Below, one piece after another: positions 26,581 to 36,278 of a stretch of 64,000 nt of DNA (the first letter of the stretch is position 1; every line of letters starts with the position of its first letter). The DNA lies in IMG/VR virus record IMGVR_UViG_3300033143_004581, positions 3,131-67,130 of that record; one strand, given 5' to 3'. The notes below the pieces were generated by a model. The model made no database searches. It worked only from the letters and a program-made list of their open reading frames with translations, and was not told where the DNA came from. The position numbers and the translations under genes were made by a program. This stretch comes from a virus.

Positions 26581-29184
26581 TTAATAATTAAAAGCATGAG
26601 AAATGATTGAAATTTCATTTGTTCCTTTTATATTATAGTTATTATTATAAATATTACCACTATTACTTACAATATGGTTGAGTGTTTTTTGTTTTGATTC
26701 TCTCTTTTCTCTTTCCGTTTGTAATCGTAATTCTTTTTCTCTTTTTTCTTTTTCTATTTTTTCAACATCTTGATCCTTTTCATCTATAGATGTAGATCCT
26801 ATTATTGGATTATATAATTGATCAATATTATTTAATTCATCGTCTTTTAACAAAAAATGACCAATTTTTGAGTTTTTAAACCAATCTATAATTTCATTCT
26901 TAATATTTATAAAATAATTTTTTATAGAATCAAATATACCAAGAAAAGAATTAACAGTGTTTTTTATAGAATTTTTGATCTTATCAATTTTTTCATTAAA
27001 ACCAATTTTCTCAAGTAATGGTTTTACAAAATCTTCGATTAAAAAATCGAAAGCTCCTATAATTTTTTCCTTGAAAAAATTAAAAATTTTACCCCATGTA
27101 TCTAATAAAATATTACCAATGTTTGTTAGTGGTGTAATCCAATCACCACCAGTGAAAAGATTGAAAACAAGTCCTAATGTATTTTTAATAATATTACCAA
27201 TATCAGAAAAAATATCTTTCATTAAATTAAAAAGATCAGTAAAATGACCTCTTAAAAATATTATAGTGTTTACTATTGGTTCTTTATTCTTTTCTATTAA
27301 ATCAGATATAAAACTAAATGTATTTGTTATTAAATCCAAAAAACCTTTAAAATTACTCATTACACTTTCTATTATAAGAGCCCCTGTTCCACCTTCTGGA
27401 ACCTCCATTCCTAAAAAATTTAATATATTATCAGCTATCCACCCAACAAGCCTAGCTGGTAATTCTATTAAATCTTTAACAACAAACATTAAACCATTTT
27501 TTATTTTATCTATAATTGTTCCTTCTTCACTAATAAATCCTTTTATAAATTGTATAACAGATATTATTGGTTGAAAAAATCTAGTAAAAGCTTTGAATCC
27601 TAATAAAAATCCCTTTTTAAACAAAGTTGGAAAATATTTTCCTATTTTTCCAAACTGTTTAGCAAAATCTATAAGTTTATCTAAAGGTTTTAATATTTCT
27701 CTAAAAACACTAAATGTACTGAAAATTTTACCAACAATTTTTATTTTTGATAAAGCTTGAATTGTTTTTGATAAAATTGTAAATGGTATCATGAATTTAG
27801 AGACAATACCACCTAAAATAACACCAATTATAAGCAATGGTCCTAATATAACATCTTTAATTTTTTGCCAAATAGATTTTTCAGGACTTTCTATTTGTTC
27901 TTTTTTTTCTCGTCTTTTAAATATATTTAAAATTTTACCAACATCATCTTTTATCTTTTCTGTTACATTGTTCTTTGATAAATTAAAAAAACCAGAAAAA
28001 ACACTTTTAAATATATTTACTGTAGATGATAATATGGATTTTGTAAAATCCATTAATTTGCTTATTTCGGGACCAACTATTTCTTCTATACTTGAATTTA
28101 TTATATTAAATGCATTAACAAATCCTTTTTCCAAACTATCTTTTATACCAATTACTATTGGTGGAAAAAAGTTTTCTTTTAATGATTCTAAAAAATCAGA
28201 ATAAAATCTTTTTTCGTTATTATCATCTTCTTTTTTATCAATAGATTGTGGTTCTTTTCTAATGATAAGCTGACTGAATTTTTCTAATGATTCTGAAAAA
28301 CCAGAATAAAATTTTTCTTTATTACCATCATTTTCTTTTATAATAACAGGTGGAAAAAAATTTTCTTTTAATGATTTTAAAAAGCTATATCTTTCCAAAT
28401 TGTTATCATTTTCTTTTTTATCAATAAGTTGAGGCTCATTTCTAACAACAATCTTAGGCTCTTTTTTATCAATAAGCTGATAAAATTTCTCCAATGATTC
28501 TAAGAAGCTAGAGTAAAACTTTTCTTCATTGTTATCAATAAGTTGAGGCTCATTTCTAACAACAATCTTAGGCTCTTTTTTATCAATAAGCTGATAAAAT
28601 TTCTCCAATGATTCTAAGAAGCTAGAATAGAACTTTTCTTCATTGTTATCAATAAGTTGAGGTTCGTTTTTAACAACAATATTAGGTTCATTTCTAACAA
28701 CAATTTTAGGTTCGTTTCTAACAACAATCTTAGGCTCTTTTTTATCAATAAGCTGATAAAATTTCTCCAATGATTCTAAGAACCTAGAGTAAAACTTTTC
28801 TTCATTGTTATCAATAAGTTGAGGCTCATTTCTAATAACAATCTTAGGCTCTTTTTTATCAATAAGATGACTAAATTTCTCCAATGATTCTAAAAAGCTA
28901 GAGTAAAACTTTTCTTCATTGTTATCGTTTTCTTTAATTATAAAATCTTTTCCTTGATCATATTCAAAAGAATTTATCAATTTTGTTATGTTTAATATAT
29001 CAGATGTTTTATTTTTAAAAGTTTCTTTTATATTATTAATAATTTCTTTAGAATCACTAATAATTGGAAAGAATTTTTTTGTTAAATTATCTAATTTTTC
29101 ATAATTCTTTATATTATCATTTTGATCTGATTTTGATCTTAAATTATCTTTCCAATTCTTTTTTTCATCATTCATGGTTTTCAT
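26581..29184 (-). CDS. Tape-measure-like protein (gp29 analogue)
   Basis: 867 aa, long amphipathic F/I/G-periodic helices with a hydrophobic segment; downstream of tube and chaperone genes. Confidence 0.6.
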   Translation of the reverse strand: MKTMNDEKKNWKDNLRSKSDQNDNIKNYEKLDNLTKKFFPIISDSKEIINNIKETFKNKTSDILNITKLINSFEYDQGKDFIIKENDNNEEKFYSSFLESLEKFSHLIDKKEPKIVIRNEPQLIDNNEEKFYSRFLESLEKFYQLIDKKEPKIVVRNEPKIVVRNEPNIVVKNEPQLIDNNEEKFYSSFLESLEKFYQLIDKKEPKIVVRNEPQLIDNNEEKFYSSFLESLEKFYQLIDKKEPKIVVRNEPQLIDKKENDNNLERYSFLKSLKENFFPPVIIKENDGNKEKFYSGFSESLEKFSQLIIRKEPQSIDKKEDDNNEKRFYSDFLESLKENFFPPIVIGIKDSLEKGFVNAFNIINSSIEEIVGPEISKLMDFTKSILSSTVNIFKSVFSGFFNLSKNNVTEKIKDDVGKILNIFKRREKKEQIESPEKSIWQKIKDVILGPLLIIGVILGGIVSKFMIPFTILSKTIQALSKIKIVGKIFSTFSVFREILKPLDKLIDFAKQFGKIGKYFPTLFKKGFLLGFKAFTRFFQPIISVIQFIKGFISEEGTIIDKIKNGLMFVVKDLIELPARLVGWIADNILNFLGMEVPEGGTGALIIESVMSNFKGFLDLITNTFSFISDLIEKNKEPIVNTIIFLRGHFTDLFNLMKDIFSDIGNIIKNTLGLVFNLFTGGDWITPLTNIGNILLDTWGKIFNFFKEKIIGAFDFLIEDFVKPLLEKIGFNEKIDKIKNSIKNTVNSFLGIFDSIKNYFINIKNEIIDWFKNSKIGHFLLKDDELNNIDQLYNPIIGSTSIDEKDQDVEKIEKEKREKELRLQTEREKRESKQKTLNHIVSNSGNIYNNNYNIKGTNEISIISHAFNY
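28190..28930 (-). repeat. 114-bp (38-aa) tandem repeats with nested 24-bp EPKIVVRN repeats
   Basis: LIDKKEPKIVVRNEPQLIDNNEEKFYSSFLESLEKFYQ repeated; 114-bp period between 28431 and 28545. Confidence 0.85.
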
Positions 29185-29194
29185 ACTCCATAAT

Positions 29195-29231
29195 AAAAAA
29201 GCCTAAAGGATATGATTTCCTTTAGGCTTTT
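29195..29231 (-). terminator. Hairpin/terminator before the tape-measure-like gene
   Basis: AAAAGCCTAAAGGA-7 nt-TCCTTTAGGCTTTT with a U tail on the - strand. Confidence 0.65.
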
Positions 29232-29419
29232 GAATATCCTTTTGAATATCCCTTTAACTCATCATTTTTTTCTTTTACTAATAATGAATAAAACAATTCT
29301 CTTTCAAAATCCGGTATTAAATTACTATCAGAAATACTTATATTTGCATATCTGGATAAATAATATTGTTGTCTTATTATATCATCAAGACTAATACCAG
29401 AAAATAATTTAAGGATTAC
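29222..29419 (-). CDS. Start-less -1-frame extension of the gp26-like gene (gp51-like/GT-type chaperone)
   Basis: Open 65 codons VILKLFSGISLDDIIRQQYYLSRYANISISDSNLIPDFERELFYSLL...; no ATG; begins at a T9 slippery run. Confidence 0.65.
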   Translation of the reverse strand, partial: VILKLFSGISLDDIIRQQYYLSRYANISISDSNLIPDFERELFYSLLVKEKNDELKGYSKGYSKA

Positions 29420-30159
29420 AAAAAAAAATTATTAACAGGAACTTCTATTGATTTTTCCTCATATCCACAATTTTTACATTTAACTGAATATTTAAAATCA
29501 ACACCAAAATTATTATCAGAATACCAATTTACTATTTTTTCATATAAAGAAGTAGGTATATTTTCTATTAAGAATTTTTTATCATCTAAATTAATATTAT
29601 TATCTTCACCATCTGGTGTTATGATACCTATAATACCACAAGCACTTGTTGTCATTGCTAAATCTACGTTATATTGTGTTTCGTTTCTTACATCTTTTAT
29701 AGATTCATATACTTCTTTTTGAGCGCCTCTTATAATATGAGACATTCTTACGGAAATATCATCTGTTAATTTAACAACATTATTTATTTTTTTATCTTTT
29801 AATCTTGTTACACTTAAATCATTTAAATCTATTGTTTGTATATTTTGTGAATTACATTTTTTGCACTTAAATTCAAACTTATAAGATTCACCTTTTGTTC
29901 TCTTTCTTATTTCAAGTAAAAGAAAGTATCTATCTTGAAGATATAAATCATCTATATCAAAATCCTCTGTCACAACACATGATTCTATAAGTTTATCTAG
30001 AGCTAATTCTATTCTTTCTGGACTATCATCATTTTCGTATATTAATAACTTTTTTAAATCACCAGTAATAATCGGTTTAAATTCTATTTCTTTTCCACTT
30101 CCAGGTAAAACACATTTAAAAGTATATACATTTAAATACTTTTTAAAATCATTTGACAT
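29416..30159 (-). CDS. Baseplate hub assembly/tail chaperone (gp26-like)
   Basis: LPGSGKEIEFKPI, DRYFLLLEIRKRTKGE, two CxxC motifs, ends NNFFL. Confidence 0.75.
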   Translation of the reverse strand: MSNDFKKYLNVYTFKCVLPGSGKEIEFKPIITGDLKKLLIYENDDSPERIELALDKLIESCVVTEDFDIDDLYLQDRYFLLLEIRKRTKGESYKFEFKCKKCNSQNIQTIDLNDLSVTRLKDKKINNVVKLTDDISVRMSHIIRGAQKEVYESIKDVRNETQYNVDLAMTTSACGIIGIITPDGEDNNINLDDKKFLIENIPTSLYEKIVNWYSDNNFGVDFKYSVKCKNCGYEEKSIEVPVNNFFL

Positions 30160-30182
30160 ATTTAAAACTCTCCTTTAATTAA

Positions 30183-30713
30183 TTATTGAGCTTTTCCTTC
30201 ATAAAACGCATGACGTTGATATGAAAATGTAACATCAAATTGAGCCACATCAATATTAGAATAATCCAACGAAACAGCACCAACTGATTGAGGCCATGCG
30301 CCAAAAAGTTTATATGTAAGCATTGGATCACCATTATAATCAAGCAAATATAAAATTTGATCCATCATATAATTATCCGGTACTTCAAATATATTTGTTT
30401 CGGGATCATGTATGTATTGTAACCATCTTTCATAAGCTAATCTAATCTTACTATTAATATCAACATTAAAGGTTACTGTAAAGGCAGCGTATTCATGACG
30501 ACCAGCCATTTTAAAATCATATCCTTGCCATGGAACCGTTATTTCTGTTAAAGATGATTCCGGTAAACTTGTTGATCTAACAAGATATTGAGCATCTTCT
30601 GTTGTTATACCAAACCCAGCTGGAAACATTGGTCTGAAATAAAACAGATAAGATCTGGCACCACCTCTAAATTTTGCTCTAAATTGATCAAGGTTGAAAC
30701 CTTCTGTTGCCAT
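30183..30713 (-). CDS. gp19: Tail tube protein
   Basis: GGARSYLF, STSLPES, VPWQGYDFKMAG, GAWPQSVGAVSLDY, FDVTFSY; late box at 30748-55. Confidence 0.9.
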   Translation of the reverse strand: MATEGFNLDQFRAKFRGGARSYLFYFRPMFPAGFGITTEDAQYLVRSTSLPESSLTEITVPWQGYDFKMAGRHEYAAFTVTFNVDINSKIRLAYERWLQYIHDPETNIFEVPDNYMMDQILYLLDYNGDPMLTYKLFGAWPQSVGAVSLDYSNIDVAQFDVTFSYQRHAFYEGKAQ

Positions 30714-30775
30714 TGTATAAAATCCTCCATATTTTTTTATCTACAATTATTTATATATAAAAAATTAATTTTTTT

Positions 30776-30816
30776 AATAACATCGCGGTTTTATTACCCG
30801 CGATGTTATTTTTTTA
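30776..30816. terminator. Hairpin between sheath and tube genes
   Basis: AATAACATCGCGG...CCGCGATGTTATT. Confidence 0.55.
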
Positions 30817-32577
30817 TTAAGAACCAGAAGCTATCAATTCAGTAAAAGAAGCCCCTGTTTTTGTAGCTATCATGTTAAGAACAATAAATTCAGCTGCTCT
30901 TGTTGGTTTTATATAACAATCAACCCACAATTCATTTCTATCTATTCTTTCCGGTGTATTGTTTCTTTCATCACATACAACCATGTAATCATAAATACCT
31001 CTTCTTGATTTAACATCTCTCAAGAATGGATCAATCATATTTACAATAAGAAGTCTTGTAAATTCATCATTGGGTTCAAACAAGAAATACTTCAAAGCTG
31101 TACTAAGAGCCTTTTCAAGAATCATGAATAATCTTCTTACATTAATTCTATTAAAAGCTGAAGATTTATCCAATAATGTTTTTTGACCCCAAACAACCTT
31201 GCCTTGACCAGAAAATGATACAATTGGATTAATACCATTTTTATAAAGAATATCTCTTTCACCTAATGTTGGACTCCATGCTAATCTTCTTATATTTGTC
31301 AAAACAGCTCTATTTAAACCAGCGGGAGCAAACCAAGGATCTGAAACATCATCAGTATTAGCAAAAACACCAGCTATATAACCAGAAGCAGGAATCCAAC
31401 GATATTTCGCATTCCATTTATCATAAACTTCTAACCAGTTACCATAAAGAGAAGCGTAACTTGTGTTTTCATTTAATGTTACTTGTCTATATGTTCTCAA
31501 AGAAGTCGCTTCTGATCCACTATTATTAATAACATCTGATCCTTGACAATCAAGAATTGCTATAGCATCTTTTCTGCTTTCACAAATAGATACCAATTCT
31601 TGTTTTACTGCTAGTGGTTTATCAGAATCAATAAATATATTAACATCTATTTCTTCATCATTACTGTAAAGATTATAAGCATCTATAATATCATTTTCAG
31701 TTACAGTATCCGTTACATATTCATCACTTGTATTCGATCCACCATCGAATGAAATATAATCAGTAGTATAATAATCAGAAACATCTTGTTCTTTTAATGT
31801 CGATTTTATAGCCATTCTAATATATTTTGATTCATTATTTACAACATTTTCACAAAATATATTTTTTCCTTCATCATCTATAGCTCTTGTTTTTGTTGAA
31901 ACAACAAATGTCTCTACAATATCAAAACTATTAGTATTTGATTGTTCAGCTGCCTTAATTATTATTAGAAATTTATCATTTGTATCTAATGGTGCATCAA
32001 TATCAACCAAATCATTATAAAGACCGTCACTTAAACTATTTCCGTTATTTCCACTAGTTGCCATGTTATAAGTATTTCTACCAACAACAGCTATTTTGAT
32101 ATAATTACCCCACTCGCCTCTTGAATTTGCTATAAAAGCCATATCAGAATCAGATTCAACACCACTTGAAAATGATACTTCATCAGCAAATTCATCTGGA
32201 TTTTTTGATGAAAAATCAGTTAAAATATAAGCATCATTAACTGTATATCCCGTAAAAGATGAAGCAGATAAAGCAAGAGAACCATAACATCCAGCAAATG
32301 TTGAATTTTCCGGCATTACTCTTGTGCAGTATAATTTATTACCATACTTCAAATATCCCATAGCTGACAACATATCTTTATAACAATTAGCTACATTTGT
32401 TGGTTCCCCAAAAACTTCGACCAAATCATCTCTATTTGTTATAAGTTGTTGTTTTAACTCTGGACCTTTCCATGTATCTCTTAATGCTATAACAGCAATA
32501 GAAGTTGCAACAGCTGGAATAGTTGTAGTTAAATCAATTTCATTAACATCAACCACGGGGCTTAAATAAAAAGCCAT
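30817..32577 (-). CDS. gp18: Contractile tail sheath protein
   Basis: LSPVVDVNEIDLT, PWFAPAGLNR, GINPIV, WGQKTL, RINVRRLF, FEPNDEFTR, IKPTRAAEFI; late box at 32625-32. Confidence 0.96.
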   Translation of the reverse strand: MAFYLSPVVDVNEIDLTTTIPAVATSIAVIALRDTWKGPELKQQLITNRDDLVEVFGEPTNVANCYKDMLSAMGYLKYGNKLYCTRVMPENSTFAGCYGSLALSASSFTGYTVNDAYILTDFSSKNPDEFADEVSFSSGVESDSDMAFIANSRGEWGNYIKIAVVGRNTYNMATSGNNGNSLSDGLYNDLVDIDAPLDTNDKFLIIIKAAEQSNTNSFDIVETFVVSTKTRAIDDEGKNIFCENVVNNESKYIRMAIKSTLKEQDVSDYYTTDYISFDGGSNTSDEYVTDTVTENDIIDAYNLYSNDEEIDVNIFIDSDKPLAVKQELVSICESRKDAIAILDCQGSDVINNSGSEATSLRTYRQVTLNENTSYASLYGNWLEVYDKWNAKYRWIPASGYIAGVFANTDDVSDPWFAPAGLNRAVLTNIRRLAWSPTLGERDILYKNGINPIVSFSGQGKVVWGQKTLLDKSSAFNRINVRRLFMILEKALSTALKYFLFEPNDEFTRLLIVNMIDPFLRDVKSRRGIYDYMVVCDERNNTPERIDRNELWVDCYIKPTRAAEFIVLNMIATKTGASFTELIASGS

Positions 32578-32687
32578 AATTTTATTCCTCCTATATATAA
32601 ATTTATAACATTACATTTTACTTATATTTATAAAAAATATAATAAAAAATCATAAATACTACAAAAAGTATTACAAGGAGTATTACA

Positions 32688-32894
32688 ATGTCTGTACAAA
32701 AAAAGAAAGAAGTAAAAAACAGAATATATTCAATAAGAATAAATGATGATATTTACGAAAAAATAAATTACATAAAAAATAACACAAAACATAATATTGA
32801 TATAGCTAGAAGTTTTAGATCTATGATATATGAAATATATCATGATATAAAATCAAGTGAAAAAAATCAAAATTCTATATATCCAGAAGTTTAA
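32688..32894 (+). CDS. Small ribbon-helix-helix-like DNA-binding protein
   Basis: RIYSIRINDDIYEKI...IARSFRSMI; AAGGAG RBS; opposite strand within the tail module. Confidence 0.45.
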   Translation: MSVQKKKEVKNRIYSIRINDDIYEKINYIKNNTKHNIDIARSFRSMIYEIYHDIKSSEKNQNSIYPEV

Positions 32895-33406
32895 CTATAA
32901 TATTCTTCTTTTAATTCAAAACGATCATATTCAAACGAAGCAGTACACTCAAGGTTTTGTTCACCTTCTCTGTAACTAAGTGTTACTTCATTAAGAGCGG
33001 TTATCCATAAATCAACAAAAAATATTCTAAACACTTCATTTTGAAAATTATCAACAATTCTTAATGTTGCATCAACAGCATAATTGCTTTTTAATTCAGC
33101 TAAGTTGTTTTTATTATTATGAATATACATCAACCATTTATATAAAACCTTCCAATTATAAAAATTAGAATCAACTGTAAATGATACATTCCAGGGTTCA
33201 AAAACAGCTGGAGCAGCCGCGAATTTTGATGTGGCACCCATCCATTTATCTTCTTCCATTGCAATAGTGACACCTGGAATAATAGTTGAATATATATTAA
33301 TTGTTAATTCATCAGTTGCAGCAAGTGTATTCTCTGTTGGTATTTTAGGAAAAACCAATTCAAAATTACTTGAAGATGATTTATTAATATTTGTACTTAA
33401 TGACAT
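32891..33406 (-). CDS. Tail tube terminator/completion protein (gp3-like tube fold)
   Basis: SSSNFELVF, IIPGVTI, FEPWNVSFTVDSNFYNWKVLYKW, ASFEYDRF. Confidence 0.7.
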   Translation of the reverse strand: MSLSTNINKSSSSNFELVFPKIPTENTLAATDELTINIYSTIIPGVTIAMEEDKWMGATSKFAAAPAVFEPWNVSFTVDSNFYNWKVLYKWLMYIHNNKNNLAELKSNYAVDATLRIVDNFQNEVFRIFFVDLWITALNEVTLSYREGEQNLECTASFEYDRFELKEEYYS

Positions 33407-33417
33407 TCTTTAACTCC

Positions 33418-33663
33418 CTAATCAAATTCTTTCATTTTATTATCGAAAGCTTTTTTTAAATAATTTATAACATCGTCATCGAAACCAACACCCATTCTCC
33501 ATTTTTTCACATGCTTGTTTAAATCATTATAAATTTTATCTAAATCTTTTTTAGACTTAGCTTTATCTATTTTTTTACCAATTATTCTTTTTGCCATTTT
33601 TAAATCAGATGGACCAATATCCCCTTCATATAAAAATTTATCAATTTTTTCAACAACAGTCAT
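33418..33663 (-). CDS. Hypothetical protein (duplicated)
   Basis: AGGAGG RBS; MTVVEKIDKFLYE leader. Confidence 0.6.
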   Translation of the reverse strand: MTVVEKIDKFLYEGDIGPSDLKMAKRIIGKKIDKAKSKKDLDKIYNDLNKHVKKWRMGVGFDDDVINYLKKAFDNKMKEFD

Positions 33664-34207
33664 AATATTCCTCCTTTAATCAAATATTTCATAACTATTT
33701 AAAACACCAACATCTGGATCATATACATTTGTTATTGAATATAAAGAGCTTCTGATTCAGCACCAGATGCACCAGATGTAAAAACAGTTTCAGTTGATCC
33801 ATCTATATATAACCCTCTATAATCATTTAGTTTATCTTTTTCCTTTCATTATATATGATAAAAACTCCATATCGTTTTCGAAACCAGAACCCTCTCTCCA
33901 TTTTTTCACACGCTTATTTAAATCTTTATAAATTTTATCCAACTCTTCTTCGGACTTTTTATTCTTTTTTCTTCTTACCATTTTACCAATACCCCTTTCA
34001 TATAAAAATTTATCAATTTTTTCAACAACAGTCATAATATTCCTCCTTTAATCAAATATTTCATAACTATTTAAAACACCAACATCTGGATCATATACAT
34101 TTGTTATTGATTGATTTTATATAAAGAGCTTCTGATTCAGCACCAGAAGCCCCTGATGTGAAAACAGTTTCAGTTGATCCATCTATATATAACCCTCTAT
34201 AATCATT
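33470..34207. repeat. Tandem duplication (~375-bp unit) covering the gp15 3' end and the next small gene
   Basis: 33625-33827 nearly identical to 33997-34207. Confidence 0.85.
33832..34035 (-). CDS. Diverged duplicate of 33418-33663
   Basis: Same leader and LDKIYxDLNKxVKKWR core. Confidence 0.5.
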   Translation of the reverse strand: MTVVEKIDKFLYERGIGKMVRRKKNKKSEEELDKIYKDLNKRVKKWREGSGFENDMEFLSYIMKGKR

Positions 34208-34849
34208 CCATGTATCCTCGTTTGTATAAATTTTATTAATAATTTTTTTAATCAAATTACGATCTGTATTAACTGGTTGAAAAATATAAGATTGAATGGT
34301 AAAATCAAGATTCCATCTTATAACTCTCATACTATCATCTGTCATTTCAAATTCAAAATCAGGTGTACATGAATTAAATACAACTTTCGTATCTAATGTA
34401 GCATCTGCTTCTGGGATATATATCTTCATAACAACATATGGATTAAAATATGGTAAAATTTGTTCTAATATTTGATCAGCATCAGACATCCATAATGACC
34501 ATATACTAAGTGATGTTGTTATATCATAAGGAACTGGATTTATAAAACGAGACATTAAACCAGCACTAGCATCAGCGCTTTTTAATATTTTATGAAGTTT
34601 ATTAACCTGTCTATCTACAGCAAAATTTATTCCAGTAACAACCATAGACATTATTGGAAGCATTTGATCATCTTTTCTTTCATGAATCCAATACCATATT
34701 TTTTGCTTTCCACCAAGCTTTAATGGAACTGTAACATATTTCTTTACAGTTCCATCTGAATTATATCTAGCAACTTTAATATCATTAAATAAATCAAGCA
34801 TCTGTATTAAAGTTTTTCTTATAACATGGTAATAATAATAAGCTTTCAT
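34091..34849 (-). CDS. gp15: Tail sheath stabiliser/terminator
   Basis: YYYHVIRKTLIQMLDLFNDI, VPLKLG, LPIMS, PVPYDI, QILEQILPYFNP. Confidence 0.9.
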   Translation of the reverse strand: MKAYYYYHVIRKTLIQMLDLFNDIKVARYNSDGTVKKYVTVPLKLGGKQKIWYWIHERKDDQMLPIMSMVVTGINFAVDRQVNKLHKILKSADASAGLMSRFINPVPYDITTSLSIWSLWMSDADQILEQILPYFNPYVVMKIYIPEADATLDTKVVFNSCTPDFEFEMTDDSMRVIRWNLDFTIQSYIFQPVNTDRNLIKKIINKIYTNEDTWNDYRGLYIDGSTETVFTSGASGAESEALYIKSINNKCI

Positions 34850-35634
34850 TAATTAATTTTTTCCTTTATAATGTTTTTTATTTTTAACTCATCAAAAAAA
34901 CTAAATTCGTTTTCACCTATAAACATACATTCTGTATCCATCCATACTTCTCTTTCAGATTTTAATTTATTTAATTTTTTTGTATCAATTACTTCAAAAT
35001 TTTTTGGGCTAAAAAGCTCTATTAAAATATTAAATAAACCACGTTTTTTAAATTCATCATAATTTATAAATTCAAATATTATTTTATTTCTATTATTTAC
35101 CTTTTTATCAATTTCATCACAAGCTTTTTTAAGATCTTCATATGTTTTAATGTTTATATTAACATGTTTTTCAAAAAATATATCTAACTCATCTAAAAAT
35201 GTTACTATAGATTTAATTCTAGCTTTTTTAATTCCATAAAAACTATACCATATATCACTTTCTGGACAAACACCAATTTTAGATCCATTTATCGGAAAAA
35301 CAACATACAATACATTACCATATGCTACTCTTCTAGTTGAACATATTATTTGTCTTTTTGGAAATTTTTTCCAAGATTGATCATTATTAATTATTAATGT
35401 ATAAAAATTCGGATTACTAATACTGATTCTTTCTTTTTTTCCTCTTGTGTCTATATAAAGATAGTTACCTTTTGATGTTCCTCTAAAAATTCTTGTATTT
35501 GATTTCCTATAAAAATCAAGAACATCAGTACATTTGTTTTTAATAAAATCCATTGCTTCTTCTGGTTTTATTATCTTTGTTCTTCTATATATTAAATCTG
35601 ATTCATTCAATAGAAAATTCTTGAATTTAGTCAT
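34849..35634 (-). CDS. Hypothetical protein, possible ADP-ribosyltransferase fold
   Basis: IFRG...IICST...EREVWM; leader MTKFKNFLLNE. Confidence 0.45.
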   Translation of the reverse strand: MTKFKNFLLNESDLIYRRTKIIKPEEAMDFIKNKCTDVLDFYRKSNTRIFRGTSKGNYLYIDTRGKKERISISNPNFYTLIINNDQSWKKFPKRQIICSTRRVAYGNVLYVVFPINGSKIGVCPESDIWYSFYGIKKARIKSIVTFLDELDIFFEKHVNINIKTYEDLKKACDEIDKKVNNRNKIIFEFINYDEFKKRGLFNILIELFSPKNFEVIDTKKLNKLKSEREVWMDTECMFIGENEFSFFDELKIKNIIKEKIN

Positions 35635-35648
35635 TTTTATACCTTTAA

Positions 35649-36278
35649 TTAGTAACCATAAATACTTGTATCTATATCATTATATCCATGAATATCATCT
35701 GATTGTTCTTCTAACCATTCATTATCACCATACGCTGTAACTGGTGTTGTCATTGTACTATCTGGTGTTTTCAATATTTCTTTAGCTGAATCTGATTGTT
35801 CTGTAAATCTGAATGGTTTTAGTATAAACTCCCAAACAAGTTTTTTAAGTTGAAATATTTTTGCTTCTTCACCAACATCAACTATTTCATAATTTCTTTC
35901 ATTCCAAATTGTTTGGATAACATCACCTGGTTTTGGATCATAAGAAGTACTAACATCTCTATTAAACGTATATTTAGGTATCATAGCATATTGTATAATA
36001 TCTTCTGATGTAATACCAAAAGTATTCGTCATTGTTGTTTCTTCTGTTACATCATACAATACTTTTGTTTCATATGGGCCTAAATATTGAACTTCATCAG
36101 ACGGTTCACCATATAAAGTATCTTCATTTATTTCAGTACTTCTTACCCAATATTTTATTTTGATGCCACTAATATCATTAAATTCAGTTATGGTTTCTTG
36201 AAAATAATTATATTCTGGATTATCTTCAGTACCATAAAGTTCCCATTTAGGTTTCGCTAGCATTGATGACTTTGACAT
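35649..36278 (-). CDS. gp14: Neck protein
   Basis: EDTLYGE, TFGITSED, PKPGDVI, YEIVDV; gene context. Confidence 0.8.
   Translation of the reverse strand: MSKSSMLAKPKWELYGTEDNPEYNYFQETITEFNDISGIKIKYWVRSTEINEDTLYGEPSDEVQYLGPYETKVLYDVTEETTMTNTFGITSEDIIQYAMIPKYTFNRDVSTSYDPKPGDVIQTIWNERNYEIVDVGEEAKIFQLKKLVWEFILKPFRFTEQSDSAKEILKTPDSTMTTPVTAYGDNEWLEEQSDDIHGYNDIDTSIYGY

Noticed and set aside
26957-28204. Antisense ORFs over the tape-measure-like gene and similar short shadow ORFs elsewhere (e.g. 46137-46595, 48957-49241)
   Set aside because: They lie opposite well-supported genes and have no RBS or recognisable motifs
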